Positions 44,431 to 55,664 of a stretch of 64,000 nucleotides of DNA are shown here, piece after piece. Each line of letters begins with the position of its first letter. The first letter of the stretch is position 1. The notes below the pieces were generated by a model that worked only from the letters and a program-made list of their open reading frames with translations, did no database searches and was not told where the DNA came from. This DNA comes from Alloascoidea hylecoeti (taxonomy: Eukaryota), in NCBI GenBank assembly GCA_001600815.1, contig BCKZ01000007.1, positions 496,001 to 560,000 on the forward strand, given 5' to 3'. The position numbers were made by a program, and so were the translations under genes.

Positions 44431-46045
44431 TTAATTAAATCTTTTTTCTAGAATCAATTTACCAAAAGGAAGTTTCGAATGGCCTTCATTTATAACAAAA
44501 GTACCATGACCACCAACAATAGTTTCTAATACTCTACCAATTAATTCTTTATCATTATAAGCAGTTAATTTATTTTTAAAATAAGATTCATCATTTTTAA
44601 CAATCCATTTTTCATTTGGATCAAATATTAAAAAATCAGCACATTTACCAATTTTAATTGAACCTTTTGAATGTAATAAACCAGTTTGTTTTGCAGTATT
44701 AAAAGATAACCATTTACTTAAATCTGAAATTGTAATTGAATTATCATTTCTTTTTTTAATTTCAGTCCATAAAATAGAAAGACCATAACCAACACCAGAA
44801 ATACCACCCCATGCTTTACTAAAATCACCATCTTTTAAATTTTTTAAATTTGGAGTACAAGGAGAATGATCAGATACAACAGTTGTAATAATATTTGATT
44901 TTAAAGCATTCCATAATTCATTTTGATTTGATTTTGAACGAATTGGTGGACAACATTTAAAATAAGTAGCTTTATCAGGTATTGATTCAGAATTTAAAGA
45001 TAAATAATGAAAACATGTTTCAACAGTTATTGGTAAATTTTTTAAAAATTTAGCTTCATAAATTGATTTTATAGCAAATTGAGTTGATAAATGAACTATA
45101 TGAACTGGTACAGTTGGATTTGCTTTTGATAAAGATATGACTTCATTAATTGCAGTTGTTTCATAAGCATCAACACGAGAATCTAAATAATGTTTGTAAC
45201 TAGTTGGATCATGTTTATATTCTTCTGTATTTGTATAGTTTAATTGATTATGATTTAATTGTTCTTTTTCATCTGGATTCATTTCTGCATGAAACATCAT
45301 TATTGTTTTTTGATTTTTCAGTTTTTGCATTACAATATCGAGATCATTTCTATCAACTGCAGGGAATTCATCGACCTGTGATAATTAACTTGTTAGATGA
45401 TAAGCTAAACTTATGATAAAGATGGAAATAAAATAAAATAAGATACGCACGCCTGACTCAATTAGGAAACATTTAAACCCGCGGACACCTGCATTGATAA
45501 GAGGAACCAGATCGTCCTATAAACATGAAAATAAAAGATTATCGTTAGCTGATTCAACGTCACAATTGTAATTGTGATTGTAATTGAAACGGGGATGCAA
45601 AAAAACATACTTGATTTCCAGGAATAACGCCACCCCAGAAGCCAACATCGGTCCAGCACTGGCCTTTTGCCGCTTCGACTTTTGTGTATAAATTTTCCAA
45701 GGTTGTGGTTGGAGGTATAGCATTCAACGGCATGTCAATAACGGTCGTGACACCGCCAGCCGCAGCGGCCTTCGTTCCAGTTTCGAACCCCTCCCACTCG
45801 GTTCTGCCAGGCTCGTTGAGATGAACGTGGGAGTCTACGATACCCGGCAGAATGTACAAATCTTTGAGGTTTCTGTAGTTGTTTGGAGAGACGGCATAGG
45901 CCCTCAGGAGGGGGTCTGTTGGGTCGAGCACCGTGCCGGCTATGTGCAGAATGGAGCCGGAGACGGGGGAGAATATGACCGTGGCAGGAGACAGCGCACT
46001 TTGCCCTTCTAGCAGGACATTTGTAGAGGAAATGGCACGGGACAT
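44431..46045 (-). CDS. DAL1: Allantoinase; exons 46045-45611, 45516-45451, 45375-44431 (481 aa)
   Basis: [47 protein letters not shown] (across introns), [24 protein letters not shown]; introns GTATGT…TAG and GTGCGT…CAG. Confidence 0.95.
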
Positions 46046-46227
46046 AGCAACAGCAACAGCAACAGCAACAGCAGTAGTATTTTATTTACCGATTGCAAAG
46101 AGACTTGGAGGAGTTTATATAATTATACAAGATAAGTCTGAGATCGGAAGGAACCAGGGAACCTGTAAACCCTATTAACCGCCCGGAGAATCCCGATCGG
46201 GTGCTGAGTCAGCACTACGTAAGCAGC

Positions 46228-46887
46228 CTAGACAGCGCGTTTTCTGGAGGACGAAGTCTTGAAAAACAGATGGACAATCGTCACCTGCAGTAGACTCATC
46301 CCAAGCATGAAAATGCCCCCGAAGATAGACAACAGCACTATCCGGCTCTCCGTGGACGCCACCGTCGATTGGTCTCGGTTGTTTCGCACCTTCAAGTACT
46401 GCACGTCTCTTAGTATCGTGTTCAACTTAAACGAGATCCCATTGATGCTGGACTCAACTGAAACGGCCTCCTGTTTGATGGCCTCTGACACCTGCTTGGG
46501 CAGTTCCGCTTTAATGTCCAGTTTTGAAGATTCGAAATTTAATTCAAAACTGACGACTTTCGTGGTCATTGTCGACATATCATTACTGAAACAGAACTTG
46601 TATTCTCCAAGTTGTTCTCCATTAAACACAAACTCTGTACCACGTGTCCTTTCCTCCGCATACAATACCCTTCCATCCGGTCCTTCGATCGAATAATCCA
46701 CATCGAATGATCCTCCCTTTTGAACAACAAAGTAGAAACTGATCTTGGTATTGGGTTTGTAGACTTCTCCATAATAGCAACTCTTTTCTTGAGCTTCAAG
46801 CGCAAATGTTAAGGCAATCGCTTGAACATATCCAATAAATCCAAATAAAACTGAAAGTAATAGAATCTTCGTCTTCATTATTCCCAT
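46228..46887 (-). CDS. ERP3: p24/EMP24-GOLD family cargo receptor (gamma, Erp3-like)
   Basis: Signal peptide, GOLD domain (CYY…YFVVQKGGSFDVDY…GEYKFCFSNDMST), RNNRDQSTVASTESRI, TM segment, FF tail. Confidence 0.7.
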   Translation of the reverse strand: MGIMKTKILLLSVLFGFIGYVQAIALTFALEAQEKSCYYGEVYKPNTKISFYFVVQKGGSFDVDYSIEGPDGRVLYAEERTRGTEFVFNGEQLGEYKFCFSNDMSTMTTKVVSFELNFESSKLDIKAELPKQVSEAIKQEAVSVESSINGISFKLNTILRDVQYLKVRNNRDQSTVASTESRIVLLSIFGGIFMLGMSLLQVTIVHLFFKTSSSRKRAV

Positions 46888-47233
46888 CTATTACGTTGAA
46901 ACTTCCAAGGCTGTTTTGTCGTCAGATCTAGATGTGATTAATTCTAATAATGCACACGTTTCAACTCTTCACAAATTTAAAATTTAAAAAGGGTGAGGTA
47001 CCACTTCCCGTTTGTTTGCCTCTGAAACTTCCGGGCAATCTCTTTTCTAAAACTTACATATTTTCCTGTTCTACATTTCTCCTTTACTTTTAAATTTCAA
47101 CTTATTCCACAACCACCCAAAGTTAACTTGATTAAGACTTTTTCTATTATACTTGTTTAATTCTGAATATTGGGGGAACTTCTTTTGGCTTTTTTTTTTC
47201 TTGGGAATTTGACGTCATTACTCGAAGGTTGTA

Positions 47234-49227
47234 ATGACTAACGAAATGGTAAGTAAATATTTAATCAAACATATATATATATATAATTTTTTTTTAATTT
47301 TTTTTAATTTTTTTTTAATTTACGCGTTATATTAATGATAATAATAACTTAGGTCACATTATGTGAAAATATCTCATCATTACCTATTCATAATGAATCT
47401 GAAAGTTTAGCAGATCATATGTATTCTCAACGCGGTTCACACGGTTCAACCTCTGAAAAACAACAATATGTTCTTCATGAACATGCCCAGCGGAAAGTAC
47501 AGGAACAACAGCAAGAGATAGAGGAATCTCAAGAAGAGTGTGTACTTAAAAATCAAGATCAGGATCAAAGGGAACATCAACAGGAACAAGAATCCGAAAT
47601 GAATCATAAAGATGAAAATGAAAATGATAGTCATAATAATGAAACAAATGAAGATGATGCTAATGAAACAATTGTTGAAAACGAAAACGATTCAGATAAC
47701 GAAGATACAAAGCAGACAAATAATGAGTGTGTGGAAATATCCTCCTATCATGAAAATGAACCAGAATCTTATGATGAATCAACATATGATGCAGAAGAAG
47801 AGGAAGAAGAGGAAGAAGAAGAAATAACTCCTGAAATGGAAGAAGAATTGAATTCTTTATGTGAATCTTTTTCAGGTTTAAAATCCAGATATCGATTAAT
47901 TAATAAAATTGGAGAAGGAACTTTTTCATCTGTTTACAAGGCTGAAGATTTATTAAATATTGAATCTTCTGATGGTCCTTATGGTTCATCTTGGTCAACT
48001 CCACCTTTAAAAAGATTGAGATATAGTAATCAGAATAATAATAACAATAATACACATTCTAGAAGGAAAGGAAGAATAGTCGCTTTAAAACGAATTTACG
48101 TTACTTCAAGTCCACAAAGAATTTATAATGAATTACATCTACTTTATACATTAAGCGGTTGTCGAAATATAGCGCCATTGTTAGATGCTATAAGATATCA
48201 TGACCAAGTTTTAGCGGTTTTACCTTACTATAAACATTATGATTTCAGAGTATGTGACAAATCTATTTTAAAAAAAAATTTCCAATTGTGATCTATTATT
48301 AACTACTTTTTTTCTTCTTTCTACACAGGATTTCTATAGAACCATTACCTTACCTGATATTCGCATTTATATGCGTGAATTATTCCAAGCATTAGCATTT
48401 GTACATGATCATAAAGTGATACATCGTGATATTAAACCAACGTAAGAAAATTTGTTTATCTACTTTTTGCTATTTTATTTTAAATTTTAACTAACCTTTT
48501 TAAATTTTCAAGAAATTTTTTGTATGATCCTTATAAGAAAAGGGGTGTTTTGGTTGATTTTGGTCTAGCTGAAAAAGAAAATGCATTTGAATCTTCTACA
48601 TGTCCATGCAAAAACAGACCAACAATTCTTAGATCCGAATTTAGAACACTTGGTGGTTATCCAAAAGATGATACAAGACCTGGTAGAAGAGCAAATAGAG
48701 CAGGTACTCGTGGTTTTAGAGCTCCAGAAGTTTTATTTAAATGTACAAATCAATCAACAAAAATCGATATTTGGGCTGCAGGTGTTATATTATTAACTTT
48801 CTTAAGTAGAAGATTCCCATTTTTTAATTCTCCAGATGATGTTGAAGCTCTTATTGAAATTTCAACTATTTTTGGTAAAACAAGAATGCAAAAATGTGCT
48901 TTATTACATGGATGTATCTATGAAGTTACAATCCCAACAATACATGATACCCATTATCCTTTACCAACAATAGTTGATTGGGCATTATCAATTGATAAAA
49001 AAAGATCTAATAACAATGGTATTGTTGTTGGATCTTTACAAGGTATTTTCCCTGATGATAAATCACAAACAGATACTTTTGAATTATTAGATGCAATATT
49101 AGAATTAGATCCAGAGAAAAGAATTGATGCCAAATCAGCATTAAAAATGAGTTTTTTTAATACAGGAAGGGTTAATTCAAGTGAAGATGAAGATGAAACT
49201 ATTGATGAAATTATAATAAGTTCCTAA
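47234..49227 (+). CDS. CDC7: Cdc7 kinase; exons 47234-47248, 47353-48249, 48329-48441, 48513-49227 (579 aa)
   Basis: KIGEGTFSSVYKA, VALKRIYVTSSPQRIYNEL, IHRDIKPTNFL (spliced), LVDFGLA, RANRAGTRGFRAPEVL. Confidence 0.93.
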
Positions 49228-49608
49228 TTTCATTATTAATTCCTTTGTATCCATATTTGGTCATGATTTTTTACAACAAATTGCATTTATTTTTGATTTC
49301 ATTATTATTTTGTTTAAAAGTACCATGTCACCTTAAAAGTTTATATCATTAGTAAATTCTAGTAATTATATGTAGCAGTTGTTCATAACTTCATATCACT
49401 AGCTATATATTTAATTAACTACTCTATTATTATATGTCATATTTTGTTTTGGCGAGAAGGTATTATGAGAACATCCAACATCCAACACCCACCCACCAGC
49501 AATCCTGCATTACCTAGCATATATTTTATTTTGGTCAACCTTTACACTCAACACCAAATATTTTTACCTTTTAAATACTATGGAAAATCATTCGAACCCA
49601 AAATTAAT

Positions 49609-51897
49609 ATGAATCCTGAGTATTTTGATGTTTTTTCTAGTCCAGTACAGGGAGTAACAATGTCTAATAAGAATATTGATGAGCAAGTCAAAAATATGGA
49701 GAGAAACCCTGATAGCAATGAGAACGAATATTCTACAAATGAAAGTTTTAAATTTAACAAAGGAACTGATACAGTTCAAGATGATCAAATTCATAATAAT
49801 TCCCCCCAAAATACGGAAGAATCAAGACGATATAATGATATTAATTTTGATAAGGAGGCTTCAAATGAAGATAGTGATACTCCAGATATTTCAGAACATC
49901 TGACAACCGAAACAGAAAAAGTTTCTAGTTCTATACCATTTAGTGATAATATCAGAACAGAACAGGGGGCAAATAGTTCAAATGAAGTTGACTGGTCTGA
50001 AGTTAATGTGGTAGAAATTTCGGATTATGACGTCTCAGATGATGGAGACATATTCACAGAAGATGACGATGAAGATGAAAAGGCAAATGATGATGATTAC
50101 GACAATAGTGATATTGAAATTACGAATATTAGGGAAGTTTCTACCGACCCCGAACTCCCTCACAGCGAATATTACAAAAACACCAAAAGCAACACATCCA
50201 ATGAAAATGGCGATGATAATGAAATCAGCGATAAAGATGAAGGAGAAGTCGACGAAAATGTAAATTACAAAACAACTGAGAGTAACACCGATAATAATAG
50301 TGATGAAGGTGAAACGTCACCATGGTTGAATGACTGGCATGATATGTTCCATAATGAGCCGAGAAATTTAAGAAACTTTAAGTTTTCATTTCCAGAAGAT
50401 GAAAAGGAAAATAGATCATCAAACGAAGATAATAAATTTGATGATTCAGCTGATGAGTCTGATTCTCCTTTTACTTCAATCGATGACCAAAGTGACATAG
50501 AAATTGTTGATAAAGATGAGTTTGAAAAGGCTACTAAAGATAAAAAACGTTCATCAAATGAAGAAGAAATTATAAATGATGACGAACAACGGAAAAAGAA
50601 ACCCAAATATAATGAACGTCTTTTCAAAAAGCAAAAAAATGGTAAAAAGAATACTACAAATTCAACTTCTTCAAGTAAAGGTAATTCATATTTCTCTACT
50701 TTTTGCTCCCGCCCTTTTCCATCAAGTTATTATGGGGAAAATACTTTTGGTTTTAAAAGCAATGATTCTGATTTTACTACTAATGTGGATGGGAGTGATA
50801 TCTGGGACAATCCCATATTATCTTCTGAAAGTATTTTTGGCGGCTACAGACGAGATCAAAATGGAGATCACAGAAAAGTAGATCCAATAATTGATAATGC
50901 TTGTAACAATACTAAAGATGATGTTCCCGATAAATCTACACGACCACCGAATTATGGCTCATGGTCTTTTGTTTGGGAGAATTATAATAAAAGTAAAGAC
51001 CACAAAGGAAACGATCAAACAGAAGAAAAAGCGAAGCAAAAGTCGGAAAAGGAAAAAAAGGAACGACAAGAATGGCAAGAAAAGGAAAAGAAGGAACGAC
51101 AAGAATGGCAAGAAAAGGAAAAAAAGAAACTAGATGAACGGTGGAAGAAGCGCAGAGAAAGAGAACGAGAGCGATTAGAAAAGGAAGAAGAATATCGAAC
51201 AAGAAAACAAAATAGATACAGGACATCGCAAAGCAGCTACGAAAAGCTCTGGGAAAGTTACAGAGAGAATTTTCGCCAAGCTAAAGAGAAATGGAATCAA
51301 GCTAGGTTTTCATACACATATAGCTCTCATAAAGAACCACAGACGCCCAAATATGGGTACGAAAACTTTTATCAGAAATCATCTCGTCCCACTTCTAATT
51401 TTAAGAGAACTAGTACTGCTAGTGATCAAATGTTTTACAAATATTATGCTAATATATTTGCCCAGCAGCCTCCTCCTTCCCCTCCGCCACCCCCTATTAC
51501 TCCACATTCTTATATAGAGTATGAGAAGAAATGGCAACAACTTCAAAATAATTCACCAATTAAAACAGTAAATGATGTTCCATGGCCTGTTAAGACTTCC
51601 AATTACAAAGATTTGAACCAAGGATCTATACTTGTCTTTCTAGGAACAGATAATTCTATACTTAAGAAAGAACGAGTAAGGTGGCACCCCGATAAAGCTC
51701 TCCGAAAGTTAGGGATAAGTCATGAAATCATTAAAAAATTTACCAATAATAACTCGGACTCTGTTAAAGAGGGGAAAGCTGCCGAAAAAGATATCAATAA
51801 CCTTGATCATACAGATACAGAAATGAAACTTATTGTTGAAGGTGTTACAAAAACATTTCAGATTATTAACTCATTATGGGAGATGTATAATAAGTGA
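49609..51897 (+). CDS. Acidic low-complexity/coiled-coil protein with C-terminal VPWP…RWHPDK (J-domain-like, NFKBIL1-type) domain
   Basis: YEKKWQQL, VPWPV, LKKERVRWHPDK, VTKTFQIINSL; likely start MNPEYF at 49609; internal 33-nt tandem repeat (KEKKERQEWQE). Confidence 0.65.
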   Translation: MNPEYFDVFSSPVQGVTMSNKNIDEQVKNMERNPDSNENEYSTNESFKFNKGTDTVQDDQIHNNSPQNTEESRRYNDINFDKEASNEDSDTPDISEHLTTETEKVSSSIPFSDNIRTEQGANSSNEVDWSEVNVVEISDYDVSDDGDIFTEDDDEDEKANDDDYDNSDIEITNIREVSTDPELPHSEYYKNTKSNTSNENGDDNEISDKDEGEVDENVNYKTTESNTDNNSDEGETSPWLNDWHDMFHNEPRNLRNFKFSFPEDEKENRSSNEDNKFDDSADESDSPFTSIDDQSDIEIVDKDEFEKATKDKKRSSNEEEIINDDEQRKKKPKYNERLFKKQKNGKKNTTNSTSSSKGNSYFSTFCSRPFPSSYYGENTFGFKSNDSDFTTNVDGSDIWDNPILSSESIFGGYRRDQNGDHRKVDPIIDNACNNTKDDVPDKSTRPPNYGSWSFVWENYNKSKDHKGNDQTEEKAKQKSEKEKKERQEWQEKEKKERQEWQEKEKKKLDERWKKRRERERERLEKEEEYRTRKQNRYRTSQSSYEKLWESYRENFRQAKEKWNQARFSYTYSSHKEPQTPKYGYENFYQKSSRPTSNFKRTSTASDQMFYKYYANIFAQQPPPSPPPPPITPHSYIEYEKKWQQLQNNSPIKTVNDVPWPVKTSNYKDLNQGSILVFLGTDNSILKKERVRWHPDKALRKLGISHEIIKKFTNNNSDSVKEGKAAEKDINNLDHTDTEMKLIVEGVTKTFQIINSLWEMYNK

Positions 51898-52763
51898 TGC
51901 ATTTACATTCTATTTGGTAGATGGCCTGCCGTACGACTCTATTGTTGAGTATATTATTTCAACCTGTCCTAAATACTGTATCTTCGAATTCTATTTAGAA
52001 ATTATTTTCGACCTGTAATTGATTGGGAAATCTCTTTTTTACATTATGAATATTTTGTGTAATTTTTATAACTAGTTAGTGTATATATAATCATGAAATC
52101 ATTAATATATTGGATATTAAACATGTTCAGATGTGAAAACAGTTACATATAAAAATTAACCTATTGAATTATAATGTAAGAAATGATCTTAGTCACAGGT
52201 GGCTATTTCATTTTGTATTTTAAAGAAAATACTCAGTGACTCTACGGTACTTTATAGATATATGTTGGTTACTATGGTGACTCCCATCTCTTTATAATGC
52301 ATATGAGCTTTTCCCAACAACTTTTTCAGATCCAGCACAACGTTAACCATCCTGTTGAGGCGGTGTGTCAAATATGGACGTTTCATCCCACATCCATAAG
52401 AATAAATACCTATTTAGGTAATTAGAGACTCGAAGGTTCAATCTTTGATTTCTTAATTAACCATAATGAACACGACAATAAATGACAGTTCTGCAGATGT
52501 ATGCAAAATTGCAAACAAACAAATGGCAAATAAAATCAATTTAGGTATTTTCCCCACCTTATTCAATGAATTTCCACATACAGTAATTCTTCTAAAATGC
52601 ATTTCCAGTGTTGGTCAGAAAGTAAACTACCCCGGTATAAGTTTGTGAGTATCCCAGCTACTAAGCTTAACACGTCAAAGTAAATATTAATAGCTGGAAA
52701 ATTAAAGAAGATGGTAATATATATCACGACTTTAGGAAATCAGCTACATCAAAATATTCCTAG

Positions 52764-53180
52764 TTATAATAATGCTTCGGGGTTTGAACTAATAAACATG
52801 GTATTATATATAAAACAGAAGTGCTTTATCAATGAGACCAGACCAATTTGGCTCACTGTGATTAATTTGTTAATATTAGAAGTCGGGCTTTCCAGTATTG
52901 ATCTAGATTTACCACCACAGATTCCAGCATTCGAGATCAAAACATCAATTCCATTAAACATGGAAATTTTATTAGGTAAACTGGCAATATTGTCCTCGCT
53001 TGAAACATCGAGTTTGACGATTATAGTATTAGGATGTTTTTTGGACTATTCTGGTAACTCTGTAGATTTATCTGGATTTCTTGCAGAAGAAGTAACTAAA
53101 TCATTAAAACTTAAAGGTTATTGTTTAACGAAAGAAACCTCAATTCCTCTATATCCACCAGAGATAAAATAAAGTGTAGT
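52764..53180 (-). pseudogene. Short-chain dehydrogenase (CsgA/C-factor-like) pseudogene
   Basis: YFISGGYRGIE, SARNPDKSTEL, VKLDVSSE, GIDVLISNAGI, with in-frame TAA/TAG stops and no intact start or C-terminus. Confidence 0.8.
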
Positions 53181-53919
53181 AATTTTCAGAATTGGAATAA
53201 GTAGAGTGAGATGTCAGGGTAAATTTCAATTAATATTTAATATTAATCAAATCAAGCTTACAGTTAAGAATGACATATGCGCATAGCTATTTTTAATTGT
53301 ACTATAAGGTTATATTTCGAAGTTCAATGTAATAGGTGTATATTCTTGAATAATGTGGAGCTTTTTGATTTTAATTAAAATAATTGAGTTGGACTTAACG
53401 GATTAATTCCTAATTATAACCTAGAATTAGCGGATTAATTGTCAAACTGGAATTCGCGGAATACTACTGTAATAATAACCGTTAATTATATTTTCATTTT
53501 AATTGTTAAATAATCTATTTATATGTATTCCAAACATAACACTAATATATAGAATATAGATCTAGCTATATCTATAATTTATAGAATATATAATTCTATT
53601 TTATACTTATTAGTTTACGTTAAGGCTCTATATTCATATATGCACCTTTTCCTCCTTTCACACTATTCACAGGGAATATATGCAGTGCTATGTGGTATTT
53701 TTAACACATAAATACCTCTTTGGGTAATACAACACACACTAAAACCAGGTTTCGAGTTAGATACCAGCTATTATATATATAAATATGTATTTGGAAACAA
53801 TTCTGAATCAGTATTAGGTTATTAAATTAATAAATAAGCTGAAATTTACGCTGCATACTATTTTTTTCTGAAATTTGGGCACATTATGCATACAACTGTG
53901 CAGATTACTATATACGGAA

Positions 53920-54357
53920 GGTACTAAGAAGGTGGCATTAAGACTAGCAGATGAAGGTAAAGTCGATCTTATTGATGTATCAGCATTGGGAAATAGTCCA
54001 GATCAGAAACTTCCAGTTGTTAAGAAGGCAGCATATCAAGCACCTTATTCATTCGCTATTAAAGAAGTTGTTGGGGATAAGTTGCTTGTTTCGGCAGTTG
54101 GAAGTATTAATGATCCTAAGTTGGCAGAATCATAACTTCAAGATGGACTTGATTTAATATTGGTTGGTCAATTCTTCTTAAGAAATCTAGGATTGGTTTG
54201 GACTTGGTCTGATGAGTTAGGTATTAGACTTCATCAAGCTAATCAATATTCATGGGTATTATATGGCAGAAAGGGTAAAACATTACCTGACTCAAATGCC
54301 TTATATGGTAGAAAGGGTAGAGAATTACCTGACTTCAATGCCTTGGAATTATTTTAG
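53920..54357 (+). pseudogene. 5'-truncated NADH:flavin oxidoreductase (OYE/YqjM-like) pseudogene
   Basis: VDLIDVSALGN, YQAPYS, VSAVGSI, TAA at 54133-54135, LDLILVGQFFLRNLGLVWTWSDELG, ANQYSW; N-terminal two-thirds absent; 42-nt terminal duplication. Confidence 0.85.
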
Positions 54358-54639
54358 ATGCCGCTAAATAAATACTTAGGATTATATACTTTACAACTAA
54401 TATAATCTTAACAAATATTATTTCAAGACAACATTTTATTGCAGCTATGTGTCGAGCAGTATAGGTATAATCATCTTATTAATATTAAAATGTCAGCTAG
54501 TAAGAAACAATCAGAAGTACTAAATATGAATTATATAACAAGATAGTTAAAGAACTAAACATGAAAGCCTAAAAAATTGAGGAATTGAAGAACTTATAGT
54601 TATAAGAGCTACTTTGTAGACTAAATATTAGGCCACTGA

Positions 54640-55430
54640 AGGCACTAATTTTCGACATTGTCATAAATAATTATCGCCCACAATATGCCCTAAACATTCA
54701 ACCATTTTTAAACTAAATAATCGGCCAGATGATACACTACTGCCATTCTGATTACAAGTTTCCAACCATGATTCGTAAACTTCTTTTACAAAATCGGTGG
54801 ATATACATTTTCCAGGTCAATTATCATATAAAATGAAAATTTCCTCAATTTTTTTTAGTTACTCCAACCTCTTTTTCGCCTACCCAGACCTCTCAGAACT
54901 TTGATGATATCATAGGGGGATTAAAAGGGTGAATTAAAATTGTTGCAAAGCCCGATCGAATCGTTCTAAGAGTTACTGCTTCAGATCTTATCTTCTGGTA
55001 TATTATAATTGAATTGATTTTTCGAGATCGCGGTGGTTGGTGTGGTTTGGGCAGGCGAAAAAGAGGTAGAAGTAACTGAAAATATCAAGGAAAAATTCAT
55101 TTTATATGAGGTTTCACCTGAACGACGTAAATACACCGATTTTGTAAAAGAAGTTTACGAAGCGTGGTTGAAAAAATTGAAAACATATGAGATATTTGAT
55201 GATGATTTATGCTCTTAGAGTTTTGGAAACTTTCTTAGCTCGAATTTCCACCACAGTGCTTGAAGATCCCCTACAAATTATTTGAAGTGAAATTCAGACT
55301 TCCAAGAGGGGAAATGCACTAATTACACACATTTCTCCGAAGATAAGAAAGAGAAATGTGTATCGTAAGCTTGGAGTTAGTGAGCCCAATACGCCACACC
55401 GTAGAAAAGCGCCCACCACAACAAGATTTA
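54640..55430. mobile_element. Two inverted fragments of a pogo/Fot1-like transposase 3' region
   Basis: 54759-54890 and 55044-55173 are diverged inverted copies; minus frame YQKIRSEAVTLRTIRSGFATILIHPFNP matches the Fot1/pogo C-terminal AxTxxxIxSGFxxTGIxPFNP pattern. Confidence 0.65.
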
Positions 55431-55664
55431 TAAAAAAAAATATCGAACATATATTTTAGTCTCTTGTGTAAGGTTATTTCAAATGTAAGAATTATGAAAA
55501 TTATGAGATTAAGTAGATATTATTAATTTTAATAACTTATATTTGTTTCTGTTTTTGCAATTCGTGGTTAAATTGTAGTAATTTTGGATAGCCTTTTTTT
55601 TTTCCTTACGTATAAGTAACTCACATTTAATTTTTTTTATTCATGAATTTGGAATCAACTATAG

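Noticed and set aside
52711..53172. 153-aa plus-strand ORF
   Set aside because: Antisense shadow of the SDR pseudogene
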